From: a virus
Lineage: Duplodnaviria > Heunggongvirae > Uroviricota > Caudoviricetes
DNA length: 6,936 nucleotides
IMG/VR virus record: IMGVR_UViG_2778261570_000005
Span: 1 to 6,936 of that record
Direction: 5' to 3' (one strand)
This document shows positions 1-6,540 of this stretch, piece by piece; positions within the stretch are counted from its first letter, which is position 1, and each line of letters starts with the position of its first letter. Position numbers and translations under genes: made by a program. The notes beneath the pieces are model-generated. The model made no database searches and was not told the origin of the DNA. It saw nothing but the letters and a program-made list of their open reading frames with translations.

Positions 1-604
1 ACGCCGGCGTCAGTTTACCTTTAAGCCTGAGAGTTCCGGCCGGCAGAACCAGCTCGCAGCACAGACTGTCGGACGGTGTATTTATCTGCTCAACCTGCAC
101 GGGGGCCGGGATTTTATTATCCGGCTCCGGAGTTAACGTCACGGGAAGTAGCGATGTTTCATGTTCGCCGGGCGGCTGCAGGCCGCCGTTACGCCAGAGA
201 TGCCGCCAGTTAAAGAGCAGGTTATCGTTAATTCCATTCTCTCGAGCTATTTGTGCGACACAGGCACCGGGTAAAAGAGTTTGCTGAACAAGTCTCCATT
301 TAAACTCCGGTGAAAATCGGTTCCGGCGGGTTTTCTCTGCTTTCACAGGCTGAGTCACGGTCGGGGTTGAAGGATATCGCCCCGGGAAAAGAGCCCGGGC
401 CAGTTGCCCGCAGGAATATTCACCGGAAAGAGGCCAGTCAGTGAATACCTGGTGAAATCGCCTCACCAGAGAAAAAATGGCGGTTTTGCTGACACCAGTC
501 TGCGCAGAAATGCGCGGGTACGACAGTGACTCGTCAAATCTCAGCTGTAGCACACGCAGGATCAATTCCGGATTATCTGCCAGTACCGCCTTTCGTGCAT
601 TCAT
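1..604 (-). CDS. IS66-family Orf1/TnpA-like HTH protein, partial (start ATG at 604..602, runs off window at position 1)
   Basis: My own minus-strand translation from the ATG at 604..602 is open for 201 codons to position 1 (MNARKAVLADNPELILRVLQLRFDESLSYPRISAQTGVSKTAIFSLVRRF...RRNRFSPEFKWRLVQQTLLPGACVAQIAREHGINDNLLFNWRHLW...CELVLPAGTLRLKGKL). The ORF is missing from the supplied track because it has no stop in the window. The central motif matches the IS66 Orf1 signature as I recall it (RRRxS-E-K-xVQ-PGASVS-VAR-HGV-N-LF-WR). The first in-frame upstream stop is at 688..686. Confidence 0.5.
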   Translation of the reverse strand, partial: MNARKAVLADNPELILRVLQLRFDESLSYPRISAQTGVSKTAIFSLVRRFHQVFTDWPLSGEYSCGQLARALFPGRYPSTPTVTQPVKAEKTRRNRFSPEFKWRLVQQTLLPGACVAQIARENGINDNLLFNWRHLWRNGGLQPPGEHETSLLPVTLTPEPDNKIPAPVQVEQINTPSDSLCCELVLPAGTLRLKGKLTPA

Positions 605-689
605 CTTAAATGTCCTTTTACTGCGAAAATGGACATTAGTATCGGAAACAGGAAAGGAAGGCGAAAGACGGTTTAAATGATGCGCTTAC
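1..689 (-). mobile_element. putative left end of an IS66-family insertion sequence (terminus at 689; bulk of the element outside the window)
   Basis: Minus-strand sequence starting at 689 reads 5'-GTAAGCGCATCATTTAAACC; IS66-family inverted repeats characteristically begin 5'-GTAA(GCG). The TnpA-like ORF starts 85 bp inside this end. The boundary coincides exactly with the start of the sheath ORF at 690. Confidence 0.4.
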
Positions 690-2111
690 GTGCAGACCAT
701 CTCCACGGCAGTGATTGGCCTGGTGGGGACAGCGCCGGACGCCTCTGGTGGTGTGTGCGCTTCCGGCACAGCCGGCTCCTGGCTGCTGGGAACGGCGCTG
801 GATTTCACGGCGAAACAGGAAGGTCGGGCCGGTAATAAGATTTCGGTTGTTGCTGTGGCTGCCACAGAACAAAACGCGCAGACAGTGGCCTCGCTGAAAG
901 GTACGACCCTGACGATAACACTGGGGACGGACGAACACAGCCAGGTTAACGCCACGGCGGACCGTGTGACTGAAGTGGTGAATGCGCTGGGGGATTCGCC
1001 TGTGACGGTGGCTGTCAGCACTCTGAATGCAGGAGGCGCTGAAAATAAAGTGGTGTCGCCGTTCAGCCTGACGTTATCCGGCGGAGAAGATGAGGCGTTC
1101 CCGGTCAATACACCGGTGGTAGTGGCAGGGGCCATTACTCAGGCAGGGAAACTGGGCACAGCCGGAACATTATACCCGGCCCTGCGTGATATTTTTGACC
1201 AGACTGGTGCGCTGGTGATTGTGGTGCGCGCAGAAAGTAAAACAAAGGCGAAAGAGGCCGAACAGCGTGCGGCGGTGATTCAGGCCATGGAGGCGCTGAC
1301 AGAAAGTAAGGGCGTCACAGGCTATCAACCGCGCATCCTCATTGCCACGGGGTACAGTGAGGATGATGGCGTGGCAAAGGCGCTGGAAACGTATGCCGCG
1401 AAGTTGCGGGCTGTGGCCTATATTGACTCGCCCTCAATGGCAACGCCGCAGGATGTGGTTCAGCGGCGCGCGTCATTTGGCGGACGTGTGGAGCTGCTGC
1501 GTCCGCGCGTGTCAGTGACGGATGACAGCGGGCAAACGGTATTTCGTCCATATTCGGCTCGTGCTGCCGGGCTGCGTGCCCGTATTGATTATGAAAAAGG
1601 GTGGTGGTGGTCCAAATCAAACCAGGACGTGATGAATATCACCGGTCTGGAGCAGGTGGATACGTTTATTCTCGGGGAGCAGAACTGCACGGCAAACCTG
1701 CTGAACATGGAAAATATCTCCACCATTATTCGCCATGACGGTTTTAAACACTGGGGTAACCGTCTGTGCACATCCCACAGTCAGTGGCGCTTTGAACCGG
1801 TACGTCGCACTGCAGATGTGATTGAGGACAGTATCCAGGAGGCCATGTTGCCTTATGTCGATCGCCCGCTTGATCGGGATGTGGCAGACGACATTCTTGG
1901 CAGCATTAATGCCTATATGCGTCAGCTTAAAAATCTGGGTGCGATCCACGGTGGCAGCGCCTGGCTGAATGATGAACTGAATACAGCAGAAACCCTGGCT
2001 GCCGGGCAGTTGTATATCGATTATGACTTTGGGCCGAAGTCACCACTGGAGCGCCTGACACTGCGGGCGATGATTAACAATAAACTGGCGCTGGAGGAGC
2101 TGACGGTATGA
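690..2111 (+). CDS. contractile tail sheath protein (P2 gpFI family), apparently 5'-truncated with a fortuitous GTG start
   Basis: 473-codon ORF. N-terminal ISTAVIGLVGTAPDAS and C-terminal blocks (LRARIDYEKGWWWSKSNQDV, IIRHDGFKHWGNRLCTS, LYIDYDFGPKSPLERLTLRA) match conserved blocks of P2 FI-type sheaths as I recall them. The start is GTG with no Shine-Dalgarno within 5-12 nt, and an in-frame TGA lies at 678-680. Stop TGA 2109-2111 overlaps the tube start (ATGA). Confidence 0.85.
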   Translation: MQTISTAVIGLVGTAPDASGGVCASGTAGSWLLGTALDFTAKQEGRAGNKISVVAVAATEQNAQTVASLKGTTLTITLGTDEHSQVNATADRVTEVVNALGDSPVTVAVSTLNAGGAENKVVSPFSLTLSGGEDEAFPVNTPVVVAGAITQAGKLGTAGTLYPALRDIFDQTGALVIVVRAESKTKAKEAEQRAAVIQAMEALTESKGVTGYQPRILIATGYSEDDGVAKALETYAAKLRAVAYIDSPSMATPQDVVQRRASFGGRVELLRPRVSVTDDSGQTVFRPYSARAAGLRARIDYEKGWWWSKSNQDVMNITGLEQVDTFILGEQNCTANLLNMENISTIIRHDGFKHWGNRLCTSHSQWRFEPVRRTADVIEDSIQEAMLPYVDRPLDRDVADDILGSINAYMRQLKNLGAIHGGSAWLNDELNTAETLAAGQLYIDYDFGPKSPLERLTLRAMINNKLALEELTV

Positions 2112-2626
2112 TTACGGGTGAAAAAAAACTGTTGCGCGCATGGGCGTTATTTCTTCCTGGCGGGATCCGTCTTCAGGGGGCACATGAGTACACGCCGCCA
2201 GCCATTAATATCACGACAGTGGATATCAAAACCGGCGCAATGGATGCACCGGTGGCAGTGGATGACGGCATGGAAGCGCTGACCTGCTCATTTAAGATTT
2301 ATGGCTACGATGTTGCCATGCTGACCCTGCTGGGATTACAGGCCGGGCTTTATTCGCCGGAGATCGTTGTCCGCCAGGCTTACCGGGTGGGGAATGCGAC
2401 CAGCGGACAGGTGGAAACACTGCAGGGGATGATCACCAGTATCACGCCGGATGCGCGCCCGGCAACGTCACAGGCGGAGGCTTCGGTGACGGTGGAGATG
2501 TCGCTGAGTTATTACCGTCAGGCTGTAGATGGTCTGGAAACCATCTGCATTATTCCGGAGGAATTTGTTCGTCGTATTAACGGCGTTAATGTTCTGTCGG
2601 ATCTGAAAAAAATCATCCGGGTTTAA
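2108..2626 (+). CDS. tail tube protein (P2 gpFII family)
   Basis: 172 aa, the same length as P2 FII. C-terminal ...IIPEEFVRRINGVNVLSDLKKIIRV resembles the FII C-terminus (...KVNGVDRLEQHRRNIGL). GGAGGA at 2093-2098 lies upstream of the ATG at 2108. Start overlaps the sheath stop; position is immediately after the sheath gene. Confidence 0.8.
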   Translation: MITGEKKLLRAWALFLPGGIRLQGAHEYTPPAINITTVDIKTGAMDAPVAVDDGMEALTCSFKIYGYDVAMLTLLGLQAGLYSPEIVVRQAYRVGNATSGQVETLQGMITSITPDARPATSQAEASVTVEMSLSYYRQAVDGLETICIIPEEFVRRINGVNVLSDLKKIIRV

Positions 2627-2646
2627 TCCGGGGATCCTGTCATTCA

Positions 2647-2669
2647 GGCGGCTCAGGCCGCCTTTTTTT
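2647..2669 (+). terminator. rho-independent terminator between tube and chaperone genes
   Basis: Perfect 6-bp G/C stem GGCGGC (2647-2652), loop TCAG, GCCGCC (2657-2662), followed by T7 (2663-2669); 21 nt after the tube stop codon (TAA 2624-2626). Confidence 0.65.
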
Positions 2670-2680
2670 AGGAGATGCTT

Positions 2681-2983
2681 ATGTCGGAAAAAAACAGTGT
2701 TCCTGCCAGCTGCGTGGAAATTGTGTTATCCGTGCCGTATGTCACCGCATCAGGACAGACGATCACGCACGTCACTATGCGTGCGCCCACTGTCCGCGAT
2801 CGTCTGTTGCATCGCCGGAGTAACAAACCGGAAGCAGAGGCTGATCTGGATATGATTGCTGGTCTGTGTGGGATGGACGCGGCAGACATGATGAACATGG
2901 AAGCGTGTGATTACCTGGCCCTGGAGCGTCAGTTTAATGTTTTTTTGCTGCCGCCGGTCCGGCGGAAGAAGAAAGCATCCTGA
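2681..2983 (+). CDS. tail assembly chaperone (P2 gpE-like), zero-frame product
   Basis: Small ORF between tube and tape measure genes. GGAG at 2671-2674 is 6 nt upstream of the ATG at 2681; the track start at 2675 has zero spacing to that GGAG and is less likely. Ends ...QFNVFLLPPVRRKKKAS with the slippery T-run near its 3' end. Confidence 0.7.
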   Translation: MSEKNSVPASCVEIVLSVPYVTASGQTITHVTMRAPTVRDRLLHRRSNKPEAEADLDMIAGLCGMDAADMMNMEACDYLALERQFNVFLLPPVRRKKKAS

Positions 2984-3120
2984 CAGCGATACGGCGTGCC
3001 GGTGCCTGGTTCGGGTGGTCTCCCGGAGATGTGATGGCGCTGCCGTATACGGATTTTGTGGCAATGATGCTGGCGGAGTCGGAAGAGAGGAAGCTATGTT
3101 ATGGCAACGGTGGGCGATAA
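2681..3120 (+). CDS. tail assembly chaperone frameshift product (P2 gpE+E'-like), join(2681..2947,2947..3120) by -1 frameshift
   Basis: The -1 frame opens right after a TAA at 2935-2937 and runs to TAA at 3118-3120. It encodes protein-like sequence (AAAGPAEEESILTAIRRAGAWFGWSPGDVMALPYTDFVAMMLAESEERK...). The slippery heptamer T_TTT_TTG sits at 2941-2947. Predicted fusion is about 146 aa (P2 E+E' is 142 aa). Confidence 0.6.
2941..2947 (+). promoter_or_regulatory. programmed -1 ribosomal frameshift slippery site (TTTTTTG)
   Basis: Heptamer T TTT TTG in the zero frame of the chaperone gene, at the start of the open -1 frame; the same heptamer is the conserved slip site of P2-family E/E+E' genes. 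Confidence 0.6.
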
Positions 3121-4753
3121 CCTTAAAGCGAATATCCGGATCGGAGGCACGATAGATCCGTCGTGGAAAAAATCGGTTGATGGGTTGAAGCACGGATTAT
3201 CAGGAGCAACACAGGAAGTGGCTCGTCTGACACGCCAGCAGGACGTACTGAAACGAAAAATTCAGGCTGGCGTACTGGCAGGGCAGGATATTACCGATCT
3301 GCGAAAGCAGTATGAAAAGCTGAAACGGAAAATCAATGATGCTGCAGCGGAGCAGGAGCGATTTAATCGCCAGCTTGAACGGGCAGAGCGCCTGGAACGC
3401 TGGAAAGGACGGGCAGGGACATTTCTTAAAACCGGACTCGGACTCTCTGTTGGTTCCGGGCTGACGCTGGCAGCAGGTGCCAGCGCGGTACTGAACCGGA
3501 ATTCGGAAACGGCAGAGCGGGCAGGGATAGCCCGGAGTTACGGGGTGGATTACGAAACCTATGCGGCGTGGGATTCACTGGGCCGTCAGATGGGGTTAAA
3601 CGGCGAAAACATTGGTGATCTGTTTGAGGAATACCGGAACAAGGTTTTTGACGATGATAATGGTGCCACGGATAAAGGGGCCATTCAGGAGGTCTTTGGC
3701 AAACTGGGACTGAAAGCCGGGGTGATGGCAGGGAAAAGTAACCAGGAGCAGGTCGAATTTTTATTTGATCGCTTACTGCAGGTAGAGAATGAACAGGTGG
3801 CTGCCGGAATGGCAGATGCGTTGTTCGGTGGTGAGGCCAATAAAATTCTGACCTGGATGCGTCTGTCAGGGAAAACTTATCGGGAGCTTATCAGTGAGCA
3901 GAAACGCTATAACCTGGTGACAAAGGCAGGGGCTGATGGCGCAGTTCAGGGACATGTGGCACTGTCAAATCTCCGTAATGTTCTGAGTTCTTCCATTGAT
4001 GAAATCAGCGGACAGCTGGGTAATGAACTTGCCCCACATATTCAACAGGTGACGGATGACCTTGCGGCCTGGTTTAAGAATGGTGGGCTGGAAAAAATCC
4101 GGGCATTTATTCGTGATGATGCCCTGCCGGCGCTGATCGACATGGCTGCCTGGATGTGGAAATTTGGAAAAGTTCTGGCCGGAATAACGCAGAAAGCCAT
4201 TGAGTGGGGGCTGGCAGATGATCCGCGTCAGGACCGGCGAGAGGTACTGGAATATCTGGCAAAAATGGGGTCGCCGGAGCTGGCGAGAGCGGTGGCGCAG
4301 AAAAACGGCCAGGGAGAATGGTTTGATGAACTGCTCAGGCAAAATCCGGATCTGACGAAACAGGTTGTACAGGCTTATAAAGACACCCGCGGTTATCTCC
4401 CCTGGAATCATGACGATAAAAAGTTTGATGCATTTCTCGACCCTCTGCTGGGGCCGAAAGAAGAACCTGATTTTAAGGCGATAAAAGAGAAATCCCGCAC
4501 CTACATTGATGGACTTCATGCAGCAGATCCGGGGCAGGGTAATTCGGATCCCCTCTCAGCTCTTCAGTATACACCCGGCAGTGTCAGCCAGGTGGAAGTA
4601 AAACCCACATATCAGATACGGGCGGAATTTAACATCACTCAGAAGCCCGGCGAGGATGCCGGACAACTGGCAGACAGGGTAACGAAAAATCTGGGAGATA
4701 TTAATTTTGGTCAGCGTTCCCGCATGACTGATGGTGATGCATTCTGGGGGTGA
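3101..4753 (+). CDS. tail tape measure protein (P2 gpT-like)
   Basis: 550 aa, directly downstream of the frameshifted chaperone pair. N-terminal charged, coiled-coil-like region (QQDVLKRKIQ..., LRKQYEKLKRKINDAAAEQERFNRQLERAERLERWK) followed by a Gly-rich hydrophobic segment (GLGLSVGSGLTLAAGASAVL). GAGGAAG at 3086-3092 precedes the ATG at 3101. Confidence 0.8.
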   Translation: MATVGDNLKANIRIGGTIDPSWKKSVDGLKHGLSGATQEVARLTRQQDVLKRKIQAGVLAGQDITDLRKQYEKLKRKINDAAAEQERFNRQLERAERLERWKGRAGTFLKTGLGLSVGSGLTLAAGASAVLNRNSETAERAGIARSYGVDYETYAAWDSLGRQMGLNGENIGDLFEEYRNKVFDDDNGATDKGAIQEVFGKLGLKAGVMAGKSNQEQVEFLFDRLLQVENEQVAAGMADALFGGEANKILTWMRLSGKTYRELISEQKRYNLVTKAGADGAVQGHVALSNLRNVLSSSIDEISGQLGNELAPHIQQVTDDLAAWFKNGGLEKIRAFIRDDALPALIDMAAWMWKFGKVLAGITQKAIEWGLADDPRQDRREVLEYLAKMGSPELARAVAQKNGQGEWFDELLRQNPDLTKQVVQAYKDTRGYLPWNHDDKKFDAFLDPLLGPKEEPDFKAIKEKSRTYIDGLHAADPGQGNSDPLSALQYTPGSVSQVEVKPTYQIRAEFNITQKPGEDAGQLADRVTKNLGDINFGQRSRMTDGDAFWG

Positions 4754-4755
4754 AT

Positions 4756-5244
4756 ATGGTGGATTTGCTGGGCTGGGGCGTAAACCGGCTTGAGCGTGAA
4801 GCATGGGACGCGGTGGGATCATTAACGGATGTCGCCTCCCGCGTCATGCTGTCGTTTGGTGAGTTTGAATTCAGTATTGATACTGCTGCTTATAACGCCA
4901 TGAAGCGCACGATGGAATGGCGATGGGATGAACAACAGCTTATCGGAAAAAACGACCTGCTGCAGTATACCGGCAAGGGGGCCAGAACAATAACCCTTGA
5001 AGGTATGGCGCATGCAGGATTTCGTGACGGTGTGGGAATGGACGCTCTTGATACACTGGTTCAGATGGTGGATGACAATCCGGCCCCGCATCTTCTGGTC
5101 TCGAGCACAGGTGATGTGATGGGGTATTTCGTGGCAACTGCCTATTCAGATAACACCACGTCCTTTCTTCCCGGCGGTGCGCCGAAGAACAAAACGTTCA
5201 CACTGGAGCTGAAATACTATGGCGAAAAACTGGCGGACCACTGA
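4756..5244 (+). CDS. tail protein, P2 gpU-like (tail terminator/sheath-completion-type)
   Basis: Size matches gpU (about 160 aa). Internal blocks YTGKGARTITLEGM, LLVSSTGDVMGYFV and KTFTLELKYY resemble P2 gpU as I recall it (YTGEGAETVTLTG, PLVSGSGRVLGTWV, KIDFTLEL). Start ambiguous: GTG at 4750 (track) or ATG at 4756 with GGGGG 5 nt upstream; the ATG is preferred. Confidence 0.8.
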   Translation: MVDLLGWGVNRLEREAWDAVGSLTDVASRVMLSFGEFEFSIDTAAYNAMKRTMEWRWDEQQLIGKNDLLQYTGKGARTITLEGMAHAGFRDGVGMDALDTLVQMVDDNPAPHLLVSSTGDVMGYFVATAYSDNTTSFLPGGAPKNKTFTLELKYYGEKLADH

Positions 5245-5437
5245 CGGCGATATGCTGGATGATATCTGTCAGAGACACTATGGCAGCGCCGGACTTAACC
5301 AGTCACTGGCGGCGGTACTGGAAGCCAATCCCGGACTGGCTGATATTGGTCCGGTCTATCCGGCGGGAGTGGAAATCGTGTTGCCGGACTGGGTGTATGA
5401 ACCGGAGGAAAAGGAGACGTTTCAGCTATGGGACTGA
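5219..5437 (+). CDS. tail protein X, P2 gpX-like (LysM-like)
   Basis: 72 aa. DGDMLDDICQRHYG...LEANPGLADIGPVYPAGVEIVLPD aligns with P2 gpX (QGDTLDAICVRYYG...LAANPGLAELGAVLPHGTAVELPD). Overlaps gpU 3' end by 26 nt and the gpD start by 10 nt. Confidence 0.8.
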   Translation: MAKNWRTTDGDMLDDICQRHYGSAGLNQSLAAVLEANPGLADIGPVYPAGVEIVLPDWVYEPEEKETFQLWD

Positions 5438-6516
5438 ATGAGTATCAGCCGGATTTCAGCCTGACAGCAGAGGGGGAGGATATCACGAAGGCCATAAAGC
5501 GGGGGCTGGCTGAACTGCGTTATACCGATAATGGTGCTGCCACAAAGCGCTCCGATGAACTGATGATAACCCTGTTCAGTGAGACGATGGCGCTGCCACC
5601 AAAAGGCGCAGTATTAACGCTGGGACTGGGATTCAACGGAAAACTGGTAAATAAAGGCAGCTTTACCGTCTGCCAGGTGGCAAGTGGCGGTCCTCCCCGC
5701 CGGATCACCATTTATGCCACCGCAGCCCCCATGAATGCGTCAAAACATGGCGCAGACGTGACCGCACTGAAAACCCGGGCTTTCAGCGATATCACACTGG
5801 GCGACCTGGTGAAAACCATCGCCACTGAAAATAATCTGGTGGCGCGCGTCTCATCGGTGCTTGCTGATATTCATATCCCGTGGGTGATGCAGTCATCAGA
5901 ATCTGATGCTGCCCTCTTGTCCCGCATTGCAGGTATGTACGGCGCCACCAGTAAACCGACCAATGGCTACTGGTTATTTCTGGAATACGGGGCATCACAA
6001 AGTACGGGGGGCAGAAATGCGCCTGAGATAACCATTATGCCGGGTATGGTATCAGACTGGGATTATCGTGAAGGTGAGCGACAGGGCGCTGCGGGTGGTG
6101 CGAAGGGGGATAAAAAGAGCGGGAAAGTTGGGGTCCGGTATTTTGATGCCCGTGACGGACGCACACGTGAAGTTAAAGTTGACGTGGAGTCAACAGATAA
6201 GCGGCATCCGTTTACCCAGCCTGACCATGGCACCGCAAAACACTGTGCAGAGTCGAAGGTTAAACGTGTGCAGAAAGCCGGACGCCAGATGACGATAACG
6301 TTGCCCTGCAGGCCGGAACTGCTGAAAGCAGGGGCGGAGATGCGTTTTGTCACGCAGGGATTTGGTGTGCGTGAGGACCATCACTGGCAGGCTGAGTCTG
6401 TGGAGTTTTCACTGGTACCGGGACAGGGATTTACGCTGAATCTGTCACTGACCACGGATATTTCTGCAAAGGGGAAAGCCAGTGGCAAGAAAAAAGGCGT
6501 CAATTATTTTGGTTAA
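5428..6516 (+). CDS. tail late control protein D (P2 gpD-like, baseplate hub-type)
   Basis: 362 aa. Blocks GAVLTLGLGFNGKLVNKGSFTV, TLGDLVKTIATENNLVARV and SESDAALLSRIAGMYGA correspond to P2 gpD (GAVLTVHIGWQGE...GKFTV, TLGAIVKAIAARNRLEARV, ESDAKFLTRLADRYGA). AAGGAG at 5410-5415 is upstream. Confidence 0.85.
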   Translation: MGLNEYQPDFSLTAEGEDITKAIKRGLAELRYTDNGAATKRSDELMITLFSETMALPPKGAVLTLGLGFNGKLVNKGSFTVCQVASGGPPRRITIYATAAPMNASKHGADVTALKTRAFSDITLGDLVKTIATENNLVARVSSVLADIHIPWVMQSSESDAALLSRIAGMYGATSKPTNGYWLFLEYGASQSTGGRNAPEITIMPGMVSDWDYREGERQGAAGGAKGDKKSGKVGVRYFDARDGRTREVKVDVESTDKRHPFTQPDHGTAKHCAESKVKRVQKAGRQMTITLPCRPELLKAGAEMRFVTQGFGVREDHHWQAESVEFSLVPGQGFTLNLSLTTDISAKGKASGKKKGVNYFG

Positions 6517-6540
6517 TGTTTTCTGAATCAGGAAATAAAC

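Noticed and set aside
477-680. 67-aa plus-strand ORF upstream of and in frame with the sheath gene
   Set aside because: It lies entirely antisense to the better-supported minus-strand TnpA-like ORF, its translation has no sheath-like N-terminal sequence, and it ends at the TGA before the sheath GTG. Treated as a chance ORF, not a sheath N-terminal exon.
673-690. Possible outward-facing promoter (TTTAAAT, -10-like) in the IS terminus that could drive the truncated sheath
   Set aside because: Only 4 of 6 matches to the -10 consensus and no convincing -35 partner; too weak to call from sequence alone, though IS-end hybrid promoters are a known phenomenon.
636-1135. Minus-strand ORFs 636-938 and 686-1135, and the plus-strand ORF 715-897
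   Set aside because: All overlap the 5' part of the sheath gene in other frames or antisense; their translations are Arg/Cys/Pro-rich and low in complexity, typical of shadow ORFs in GC-rich coding DNA.
1339-1949. Minus-strand ORFs 1339-1620, 1589-1771 and 1617-1949 within the sheath gene
   Set aside because: Shadow ORFs antisense to the conserved sheath core (His/Pro/Arg-rich translations); the plus-strand sheath frame carries the homology.
2907-3155. 82-aa track ORF overlapping the chaperone 3' end, a candidate for the frameshift extension
   Set aside because: It is in the +1 frame relative to the chaperone, whereas the slippery heptamer and the protein-like open frame are in the -1 frame (2938-3120); its translation is Cys/Arg-rich junk.
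3965-4519. 184-aa antisense ORF inside the tape measure gene
   Set aside because: Fully embedded antisense to a gene with strong coding signal; Arg/Phe/Ile-rich composition typical of antisense translation and no RBS or recognisable domain. I cannot exclude expression without transcript data, but there is no positive evidence.
4556-5137. Minus-strand ORFs 4556-4822, 4822-5091 and 4940-5137 spanning the tape measure/gpU junction
   Set aside because: Antisense to well-supported tail genes, with no homology or translation signals.
5259-5441. 60-aa plus-strand ORF overlapping gpX in another frame
   Set aside because: The gpX frame (5219-5437) carries the recognisable gpX motifs; this alternative frame gives an Arg/Trp/Cys-rich product.
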